This document shows positions 29,181 through 39,575 of a stretch of DNA of 64,000 nt, in pieces. The notes beneath the pieces were generated by a model that was given only the letters and a program-made list of their open reading frames with translations, had not been told where the DNA came from and made no database searches. Position 1 is the first letter of the stretch. Each line of letters starts with the position of its first letter. The position numbers and the translations under genes are program-made. Location: positions 8,494,001 to 8,558,000 of the forward strand of contig CM102289.1 of NCBI GenBank assembly GCA_046563655.1, given 5' to 3'. Source of the DNA: Yuukianura sp. NJ FZ-2021 (taxonomy: Eukaryota).

Positions 29181-29248
29181 ACTGAATACTTTTCCCGCCA
29201 AATTCAAAATTTCAGTCTGCAATTATTTTTATGTAATATCACTGCCCA

Positions 29249-29437
29249 AAAATTTCTGCTTCAAAATGTACCTTTATTTTTTACTGTTACGCACAAAGAA
29301 AAAAAAAATCAATTTTTCCAGTTTCTTGTTATTTTCTTAACCGAAATCTAGTCGACCAAAATTTCCTTAGCCACGTCCACGTCCTTGTTTGTTCCGTTCT
29401 TTATACAGAGATTTTTTAAGTGTGAAAAAATAAAAAA
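29249..29437 (+). repeat. Copy 1 of a diverged direct repeat (flamingo 3'UTR / polyA-signal region)
   Basis: Aligns by eye with 32597-32761 (aaaatttc.gct..tttattttttact..atttttcca.tttcttgtt..gaaatctagtc.accaaaa..ttataca.agattttt..aataaa). AATAAA at 29429-29434. Confidence 0.75.
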
Positions 29438-29950
29438 TTCCAATGTACTTCTTTGATTGATTTTATTTTGAATTTCGGTAAAATTTTGTTTTAAACGCAG
29501 TCCAGAAAAAATTCAGCTTTTTTGAATAGCCCTCAGCTTCCAAAATTTCAAAAAAAAAAAAAAAAAAAAGCGAAATAACATTTTTCTTTACAAGTATTAA
29601 GCTTATATAGTATTAGCCTGTTGTGCCGCCTTTTTCAAGGTTTGGTTTTTAATCCTGATTTGAGTGAAAATTGTCCTCGCTTTATCTTTTTTGAACAGGT
29701 TTTACGAAGTCGTTAATTTAGAACTCGTAAATTTCAAAACTAAACTAGTTTTCACCCAAGGTAAATAGAATACTCATAGGTACGGTTGCGTAGAATTGTT
29801 TTTTCGAAACCGAGTTGCTATGGGATTTTTTTCACTCCGAGTTCACTCATTTACAGTGTTGTTCAAAATTTTCATCATTTTAGTCTCAATACTTTCGCCA
29901 CAAAGTTAAAAATAGCTTAAAAACTCGGATGAACCTGTATTTTCACTCGG

Positions 29951-29962
29951 AGTGACGTCACT
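29951..29962. promoter_or_regulatory. Palindromic CRE/ATF site about 400 bp upstream of the P450
   Basis: AGTGACGTCACT is a 12-bp palindrome containing the consensus TGACGTCA. Function untested. Confidence 0.35.
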
Positions 29963-30314
29963 GTGAGTGAAATTGTAAACAAATAAAGAATCGGTTTTGG
30001 TCGCTAAGGCATTTTTGCCGCCCCCTGGTTTTCACCAACTTTTAGCAAAGACAAAAAGTAGATGATGTGTTTTAAGGAATTTTATTTTCATTTTAACTCT
30101 ACCCATGGTGGAAATTATCTGCAACGCAAGATGCCACGGCAAATCAATCAAATCTTTTTCTTTTTCTTGAGGAACCTAAGTTATGCGTATACCCTGAGGT
30201 TGTACAGGTCCTTCCAGTTTTTTTAACCCAAATTGTCCAAAGTCAGTCGTTTTTTTTTTAAATTGAATCCAAACCTTTAAAAGAAGTTACACAATCAAAA
30301 AGTCTTCAGTAACG

Positions 30315-30321
30315 TATAAAA
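30315..30321 (+). promoter_or_regulatory. Candidate TATA box of the P450 gene
   Basis: TATAAAA begins 47 nt upstream of ATG 30362. The context is AT-rich, so a chance match is possible. Confidence 0.4.
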
Positions 30322-30361
30322 CCGAGACTTAGGTAGACGTTTCGGTGACTTTTGAATCAAA

Positions 30362-32314
30362 ATGTGGGTTTGGTGGCTCCTTATAACTTTTTTAGCATTT
30401 TGCTTCACTGTCCTAAAAGTACAAAATAAATTTAAGAAAAAAGACACAAAGTCTTATTGGGCAGCACGCGGGGTTTACAATTTCAAAGAATCAGAAGTAG
30501 CCTCGTTTTACGAACGATGGACCTACAGAATTCCGTTTCACTTTTTTGTTCAACGGATGTACAACGTTTTTAAAAAACAAGGACTACGATATGGCGGTAT
30601 TATGGAGGGGAGACCAACTTTAGTTCTCTTGGATCTGGAACTCATTAAACACGTTATGGTTAGACTTTTTGTCATGTGACCTTTGACCTTATGAATGGAA
30701 TACAGAAGGACATTGTAAAATCATAAATGAGCTTGATTTTCTAGGTGAAAGATTTCGACATTTTTGTAAATCGGACTGAAGCACAATTTGGAAAAGCAGA
30801 GGAAGTTCTACAGAAAATGTTAATTCGACTCAAAGACCAAGAGTGGAAGGATTTGAGGTAAATGTGTTAAAAAAAAAATTCAACATCAAAATCTCAAAAA
30901 TTCAAAATGTTACACAAAGTTAAACACACTTAACTTTTGCAACTTAATTTTGACACACGTTAATTTTTGGTTTGTAGAACCACCATTTCGCCTACGTTTT
31001 CATCCGGAAAAATCCGACGGATGTACCAAATTTTCAGCACATCCGCGTCCAAAATGGTTGATTATGTGAACGAAAAAGTACGTTTGAGTAGCACCGGAAA
31101 AGCTGAACTCGAAATTCGGGATTTCATGACCCGGTACACATTGGACGTCATTTCTTCAGCAGCATTTGGACTCGACGCACAAGCATTTGCCAAAGACGGG
31201 TCACAATTTATGGGCATGGCCAATCGAATGCAAACATACACCTTATGGAGTGGACTTATGTCACTGGCAAGACTCGTCCTACCAAAACTTTTCATTTTAC
31301 TGCGCATTCCAATTCGAGACGGAGAAATGCTGGAGTACTTCACCGGCGTCATTCGGAAAACTATTAAACAGCGCCAAGAAACCGGGCAAGTTCGGGACGA
31401 TTTTTTACAACTTTTAATTGAGGCTCAAAAACAAGTTTTGGAAGATGAAGAAACCGAACAGGTTTTGAAGGGAGCCAAAAAAATTAAGTTGACTGAATCA
31501 CACGTTTTGGCACAATGCATGATTTTCCTGTTTTCGGGTGTTGATGCTGTTGAAACGATGTTGATTTTCACTTGCTACTCTCTGGCTTTTAATCCTGATG
31601 TCCAGGAAAAGCTGTATCGGGAGGTTCGTGAGTCGTATGACCGGAATGGATCCACTTTTACGTACGAATCCATCATGGAAATGGAATACTTGGACAAGGT
31701 TTTATCCGAAGTCATGCGAATGTACCCACAAGGATTTCGAACTCCGCGCGTTGCTTCACAAGACTACAAAGTGCCAAATTCGGATCTTGTTCTGGAAAAA
31801 GGCACGCCCATACTTGTTCCGGTGTATGCAATTCACTATGACGAAGGTAACAAAGTAGCGAGGGAGAAAAATTTTGAAAATGAAAAAAAAAAATATTAAT
31901 TTGTGAAAATCTAAAAATTTTAGTTATTCTTTGATTTCCGTAGACTACTATCCGAATCCGCTAAAATTTGACCCTGAACGGTTTTCGGCTGAGAATAAGG
32001 GCAAGAGAAATACGTATGCATACATGCCTTTTGGTAAGCAAAATATAATTTTCAACAAAAAAAGATTGAAGTAATTTTGACATTTTTGAAAACTGAATCG
32101 TCGTTCCCTTTTAGGTGTTGGACCCAGAAACTGCATTGCAACACGATTTGCATTGTTTAAAGGAAAAGTAGCAATTGCAAATCTCGTGTTAAATTTTGAG
32201 CTGGAACCGTCACAAAAGACGGCAATTCCAATGAAATACTCGACCATGAAGGCAATGCGACCGAACGGTGGCGTCATTTACTTGGCAGTGAAAGCCCGTT
32301 CACAAGTGCAATAA
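30362..32314 (+). CDS. Cytochrome P450, CYP3 clan (CYP6/CYP9-like), 5 exons
   Basis: Exons at about 30362-30658, 30745-30857, 30979-31846, 31944-32033 and 32115-32314. N-terminal TM anchor, WKDLR (C-helix), [13 protein letters not shown] (ExxR), DPERF and heme motif [11 protein letters not shown] are all present. Confidence 0.95.
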
Positions 32315-32596
32315 AAAACTTGGAGAAAGTTCCTCTTGGCATGGATTTACAAATTAAGTGAAAAACATGGAGAAAACAGTGAAAATGGAAACTTTGATTC
32401 ATTTAAAAAACTATGTCGCAATTAGAAAATTCAGTTTTAATACTTCTAAACCAAACTGTCAATTCTCAATTAAATTACAAATGCTTTTAAAAGGAAAAAT
32501 GGGCGAAACCTGTGAACATCTTTTTTTCAAAAAAAAAAAAAACAAAAAACTTTTTTCAAGCACTCATTCTTTGAGAGATAAATTCAAGGTTAGGTT

Positions 32597-32761
32597 AAAA
32601 TTTCAGCTCAAAAGTTTACATTTATTTTTTACTTTTGCGCAATAAAGAAGCATTTTTCCATTTTCTTGTTGTGCTTTTTACAGAAATCTAGTCAACCAAA
32701 ACTTGATTACATACCTCCACCCTTGTTTATACAAAGATTTTTGAGGTGAGAAAATAAAAAA
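32597..32761 (+). repeat. Copy 2 of the direct repeat, forming the P450 3' end
   Basis: Homologous to 29249-29437. AATAAA at 32753-32758. Confidence 0.75.
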
Positions 32762-35596
32762 GGACACGACGATGATTTTTCGATCATTTGCAATTTTTTT
32801 CGATTTGTATAAAAAATGAGTCGATTTTGAATTCTGTCCAGTAGTACTTCAAGCATCAGTTACAATACTTTAGTCATCACTGGAGGAAGTAACTACGGGA
32901 AGGAAACTTGAAAGAGCAAAGTTTGGATTGGCATTGGACTGTATAAGGACGACAATGTCTAAAAGTTGAGCTTCAAGTGGCTTGGAGACGCTTGAGTAAG
33001 CACCCTGCTAATAAGACACTCCTTTAAGTCAATCTCCCTTTCCTTTTTTGACTAAAGGCTTCAACTTTACTTTAATTCTTCACTTAAATTGTAAAATCCA
33101 AATTGTAAATTGTTAACTTTGGGAGTGAGCAGTTAGGTTTTGTTGGGAGTTAAGCGCAGTTCAACTCTAAAGAAAATCAAAGAACCAAATCCCACCATTG
33201 TTCTTCTGAAAGTCATAACTTTACAGGAACTTCAATTGTTTCTAATCATTCAAATTTACATAATACGAAGAAACACCCAACTCTAATTTTATTTTACGGA
33301 ATCCAAAATTAAAATTCCCGCGAGCGAATTTTGAGCTCCGCCGAATTTTTTAAATCCCGTTTTAAGTTTTAGGTGTAGGAGAAAAATTGTTACTGAAATT
33401 GTGAAGTGTACACAGTGAGAAATTTAGTTTTTGAGTAAAAAAAAAAGTTGGAGTTTTCACAAATTCGACGTAATTTGGAAAACGCGAAAATTTCGAAAAG
33501 TGGAATGAAGTCAGATTAAAAGTGACAACTTTAAAAGTAAAGGTAAGTGACATTCTTAAAGCCTTGCCCAACCTTAACCGCTGTCAGTATAATCGACTTA
33601 CAATTTTCCACTTCAGTTGTGCAATTTTGAAGCAAATTCAGTAAATAAGTAAGGCCGAGGTGTGAGTTGTGTTTAGGTTATGATGCAACATCACTTATTA
33701 GCGCATTAATAAATTTAAAGTTTGACTTGAGAGGTGGATGACACTTGACGACGCTTGGAGGAACTTAAAATTACAAAAGCAAACTTTTCAAAAAGTGACA
33801 CGAATTTTTACATCATTTTAAAGTGAATTCCGTCTGTATAACAGCAGAGTTGCGTCGTAAAAAAAAATGATGCGACGCATGCGTAAGCACTCTATTTGAA
33901 AAATTTACGACTCAAAATGTTTCATTCACCAAAAGTGAAAGCATGGAAATGAAGTCATTTGGCACAAACGTTCCGCGACTTGGTTTCGAAGCATCTGAAT
34001 TTGTGCGTCTGCGCGTAGAGATTCCATCTTGAATGAAACAATGAATTCAGATCTGCGCATGCCCAGAAAATTACTAATTAAGTAGCACGCACTCACTCCA
34101 TTAATTAAATTAACACTCTTCGCAATTAAAAAAGATTGAAAGTGTTTTTCACAAGAAAAAATTCTGTGGATGTTGAAACTCTTGGAAAATCGTGACATAA
34201 ATTTTAAAAATCTTGAACAGTTGTCATCAAGTTATAAAAATTTTAAAAATTTTGAGTTTTGAGTGTGAACTGAATTGTGAGAATTCAAGGGTGTAGATTA
34301 AAATTGGAAAGAGGGGGCCATGTACTAGTAAATATCTTCCTCTGACCTTCTTGTCCACCGGACCGTCCTAGGTTAATAGTTACAATTTGGACGACTGCTG
34401 CGGTCCACCACGCGTCATGATCTTGATGCTTTGCTGCAGACTTTGGGGAATTGGCCGTTAAATCAGACAATAACAATTTACAATTTTCTACTTGAGATCT
34501 AAAATGCATTTTTATCATTGGTTACTTTTTAACTTGAAAAACGTATCCTGAATTCCCCTCTTTTTTTCACCTTGATACTGTTCTCCTAGGACACACGAAA
34601 TCAAAAAAGAATTTAGTGTGTTACTTACTCTCTCCTAATGCATCATGTGCAAAAATCGAGTTAAAGGTTATGTGCTCAAATTTTTTGGCAATTTTGCCAA
34701 AACTTTCATTTTTAATGTCCATTTCTCATCCTCCCTCTCAACAGTTATTAACAGAGAACAACAATTTAGAACGCTTCAACAATGTAAAAAAAAAACTTTG
34801 GTTTTTAGCTTAAACTTGAACTTTGTTTTCAATTTCACACTTCCAATTTCAAATCAATCCAAAAGTTCAAACGTTTTCATTGAAATGCGCATTCTTGACA
34901 GTTGTTTTGAAATGTCTTGAAGTCACTAGAAAAAAACTTTTATTTTAAAAATGTTGAATCAAAAAGCAAATTCAGTTCGCTATTTGGGATGTGCAACTGA
35001 ATTTGGATTTTGAAAAAATTTGCATTTTTGCTAATGAAAATTTATGTAAACATGGAAGATTAATGTTTTTTGAGGTTGATAGATTTAATACACTTTTCGT
35101 TCCACTTTAGTTTTTGGAATGCTTGTGGTGTGATACTCCCACGCAGATTAAACTACGATGAACTTGTTTTGATAAAGCGGAAGCCAGAAACTTAAAAAAC
35201 TCAGGAAGAAGTTAAGTGCGGTTAGTAGGGCACACGAGTGTAGGCGGGCATTTTTGAAAAAAGTTTTGAAATAATTAAGCTTGTAACTTATTTTTGAATT
35301 TCATAACTTCGAATCCGAATTTTATTGTGAGCTTGTTTTTCTGTTCGTGCATAGTAGTTGATAAAAATACAATCTAAGTCAGTACAAGATCATAATTCAA
35401 GACAAAAATTGGTGTGATGACTAGTATTATCAAATTTCTGTTGACAATTTTACATTAACGATGTTTTTTTTTATAAAAGAAAAACTTCCGGATTGTTTTC
35501 TCATCCTCCTCCATTTTCCGCCTCCATGCTGCCTTCTTATTCATGCTGCGCTTTTTTAGATTTCATTTTTTCGTGTTCATAATTTGGCGCCTATTT

Positions 35597-37329
35597 TTAC
35601 TCCGTGACGTTGACTGGGAAAGGGCTTCCAGGAACTTTGGCCTCATCAAAAGAAACGTGGAGCTTGTACTTCCCTGCAAATTTGGGCGTGTACTGTATTT
35701 TTTTGATCCCATCATCCTTCCCGTCTATCACGGCAATCTGAGGCTTTCCGTATTTTAGCATTTGGAACGTAGGTCCTTCCATTGCTACTTTCATTACGCC
35801 TGCAAAATTTCAAAAAAGAAGTCAAGAAATAAAAATCTTTTTCAAGAAAAAAAACGCAAAAAAAAAATCTTTTCTGTAAAATTTTCACATTCGAAAGAAA
35901 CCGAAGCAGAGGCAACAAACGGCATTATAACTTATAAACAAAATCGCAAAAAAAAAAACTTTTGTTAAATTTTATTACCTGGCGTCTGTCTTTTCAAAAA
36001 AAAACGTTTGTTAAGTTCTGTTTTTTTTAAACTTAGAGATTTAGAGATGAAGACACATTATGCTCCATTGATTATATTAGGTTAGGTTAGTCTGATTTCC
36101 AAAAATAGGGCAAGGTCAAGTCCATGCTAAAGTTTGACCTTTGACATAATTTAGAAGTTGACGTTTGGCCTAACCTGTTACGTTGGATTCCGAGTAGTCC
36201 ACAACGACTTCTCTCTTGTCATTGACTTTTCCTTCAGTTAGTCCTTGTCCAGTTACTCTAATTTTTTCGGGTTGAATTACAGCAGCTCCTTTGATTGTAA
36301 CCTTAAAGGGACTTCCATTGATCTGTTCTCCTCCTTTAGTAATTTCAAGTTTGTATTCACCACAAACAGCAGCCTTGTACATAACAATCACTGTATCGGG
36401 TTTATACTGGAATTTAATGATTGGTTTGGACGGACCTTTTGAAAAATAACAAAAGAAGTTTGAATTTTGAATTCAATTTTCTGGTTGAAAAAGGCCCTTG
36501 TACGCTATGAAATTTTTTGAAAAAATTTACCATCAAATGCGACAATGACGGACTGAGTTACGCCTTCAGCTTCACTCCCACGCCGTCTAGCTTTGATGAA
36601 AAATTTCATCCATTCACCTAAGAATAGCAACAGGAAGATTGACTTTGGATTTTGAACCACTTTGAGATGAACTTAAGGATGAGTTGAAATAATTAATTTA
36701 AAAAAAAAACATTCCAAAAAAACGGAAAATGATTGCTCCAACTATTTCTTGGCACAATTTTTACCAAAAGTGAAAATGAAGCGTTACTTTAACTTCAAAA
36801 AGTGAAGATAAAACTTAACTTTTACTTTTTCTAAATCTTACAAGATCTAAGATCTTCAATTATTTTTTGCAAACACTTCAATTAAATTTAACCAAATTAA
36901 TTGTACCAATTTATCATTACCGCATTGTGTACAACAATCTTGTTAAAATTTAATTAAAATGAAGAAATCCGACAGAGTCTGATTAATTTACAAGAAAAGG
37001 AAATCTGCGAAATAACTGGAAAGTTTCATCATACTTTGCTAATTTCCAAACTTTTGAATGAGATAAAAACGAAAGTTAAAATTTTGAAACTGCAAGAAAT
37101 TTCAAAAATTTTGTTGAAGAACACTTTAACATTTTAACCTTAAGCAGAAAAAAAGTTTAACGTAACGAGCCGATTAACAGTGCCTGAATTAATTCTATTT
37201 GAAATGTGTGAAACATTCCAAATTTGTAATTCTGACTTGGTTTCCAATAAAAAACTAAGTAAAACTTAAACTTTAACCTGAAACAGCAGTTCGAAGAGCG
37301 TCTCCTTGTGCTTCTAGTAGATGTGCCAT
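35597..37329 (-). CDS. Small (~200 aa) protein made of two filamin-type Ig repeats, 4 exons
   Basis: Exons at about 37329-37278, 36617-36531, 36435-36175 and 35799-35597 splice in frame with phase-1 introns. Motifs A.G.AL..A..GE..KF.I, GEYKLEI..GGEQINGSPFKVTI, VTGQGLTEG and YTPKFAGKYKLHVSFDEAKVPGSPFPVNV. Confidence 0.8.
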
Positions 37330-38353
37330 TTCTAGATTCGCTGGTAAAAAGAAACTGTCACTATGAGAAGATAATCTTCGTTTGCAAAAACTTTTTAGCA
37401 CTCGACGCGCACTAGATTCCCTAAAAATGTCGTGTGAGACTTGTGAGTCTGTTTTCGATTTTGTAGAATGTTGCAGATGTGGAAGATTCAACTTCTCTCG
37501 GAGTAATAAAAATTAAATAAATCCGAATTCTATGCTTTAACACCCAAAAACACAATAATGGAGAATGTTCCAATGCACAAGAATAGAGAATGGGGAGTTC
37601 TTGGCAGATCAGAACAACTCTTCCGGCCAATTCAAATTTACTAGAGTGACAAAGATTTATCTAGGCAACAGCTGAACCAAATGTACCTAAACCTACTACC
37701 ACACATTCGGCTTTTAAGATCACTTTTGATTAGATTTTAAAAATTTATGAACAAATTTTACTAATTAGAAAGGCAGTGTAAAGTTTAGAAACTCAGGGTT
37801 AAGTGATCTTGAATTGAAAAAAACGCTTTGCAAAATTTTTGAATTTGGCAGTCACGCACTAATCCCAATTTACATGGAAAGGCTCCCGGTTTTTTCATAA
37901 TTTGAAATGGCAAATATTAAAGAAATATTTTTTAAATTCAACTTTGTGCAATTTTTGCAAAAATTCCAGCCATTCGGCGCCTCTTCCTATTCGTTTTTTA
38001 ATGTTGTTGGATAGTTTCAATGTCATTCTCAAAATATCTTTGCATTTTCTTCCTCGTGTCGCATAAATGCCCACGAAGAGGAAGGAAATTAGTAAAGAAA
38101 TAAAAATTTCTGCAAATACCATCAAGGAATTTTTATTTTGGCTAAAAATACTGCAATGCTCATCTTTTGCAAATCCACTTCTTTCAAAGTGCTCAAACTC
38201 ATGGAAGTGCTACTTACTAAAAACCGAAAGTAAAATTGCATACGAAAGAAAACATTTGAAATGATCTTGTTTGAAATTCTGTTTTAGTACAAAAACAACA
38301 AAGTCCTTGTTAGTGAAAAACTTTCAAAACTTACAAGAACGTTGACTGATTAG

Positions 38354-39575
38354 TTATTAAGTAGCGAAAGTATGAGCTACTTTATGTTTTTCCCCGAGTC
38401 TGTCCGTCCGTCCGTCCGTCCGTCCGTCCGTCTGCTGGTCAAGCTAGCTCTGGAACCGCTGGACCGATTTTCAATCTGTTTTTACAGATGAACTTGATAT
38501 GGTCTGGGGGTGAACAATCGGTGACCCGTTTGACCGGAAGTAGACCCCTTAAGGGTCAAAGGTCAAGGTCAAATACATTTTTGACAGAAATCGAAAAATT
38601 GACCTATACAAAAGTTGTTCATCTCATCGAACTGAACAACTTTTGTATAGGTGACCTTGACCTTTGACCTGGGGTTCTGGAGATATAGGCCTTAGAAGTT
38701 GCATAATGGGGTCGCTCGTGCTATTCGCGTCTATAACTCCAGAACCACTGGAGCGATTTTCAATCTGTCTTCACATTTCTACTTCACATATACCAGGGGT
38801 GTCTAATCAATATCCAGCTTGACCGGATGTTGTCCAGGTCCGGGTCAAAGGTCAAGGTCAAATACAATTTTGACAGAATTTGGGAAAATGACCTATACAA
38901 AGGTTGTTCATCTCATCGAGACAAAGAACTTTTTTACAGGTGACCTTGACCTTTGACCTAGGGTTCTGGAGATATAGACCTTGGAAGTTGCATAATGGTG
39001 TCGCCCATGCTATTCGCGTTTATAACTCCAGAACCACTGGACCGATTTTCAATCTGTTTCCACATTTGCGTTTCACATATTCCAGGGGTGTCTAATCAGT
39101 GTCCAGCTTGACCGGAAGTTGTCCATGTCCAGGTCATAGGTCAAGGTCAAATACTTTATTTACGGAAATCGAAAAAATGACTTCTACAAAAGTTGTTTAT
39201 CTCATTGGGCTGAACAACTTTTGTAAAGGTGACCTTGACCTTTGATCTACGGTTACAGAGATACAGACGACAGAAGTTGCAAAATTGCGTCCCTCGTCCT
39301 ACTCGGGGAAGCATGACCTACTTTATGTTTTTCCCCGAGTCTGGCTGTCTGTCTGTCTGTCCGTTTGCTTGTCTGCCTGTCTGTCCGTCTGCCTGTCTGC
39401 ACTATAACTATACTTCCGAAACCCCTGGACCGATTTGCAATCTGTCTTCGTAAATCGGTTTGTCATAGCCTGGGGGTGATTAATACGGCTCCGGTTTGAC
39501 CGGAAGTGCACAATTTCCGGATTGTGTGCTCTAGCTTCCTTTCGCTACTTACGTACGGCGTTTACTACGGTTTAT
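38354..39575 (+). mobile_element. DINE-1/Helentron-associated (HINE-like) non-autonomous element, composite
   Basis: 13-bp subterminal inverted repeat TAAGTAGCGAAAG (38358-38370) / CTTTCGCTACTTA (39539-39551), a (GTCC)n microsatellite at about 38400-38432 and three core repeats with a 289-bp period. A second head with (GTCT)n lies at about 39311-39400, and the element ends in a short 3' stem-loop followed by T-rich sequence. Confidence 0.8.

Noticed and set aside
29549..32542. P450 as a retrogene, suggested by nearby poly-A runs and flanking repeats
   Set aside because: The gene has four introns, and A-runs are common throughout the window.
32860..33010. Fragment LVITGG...KVWIG...FKW, kelch-like or lectin-like
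   Set aside because: It is too short and stop-ridden to assign.
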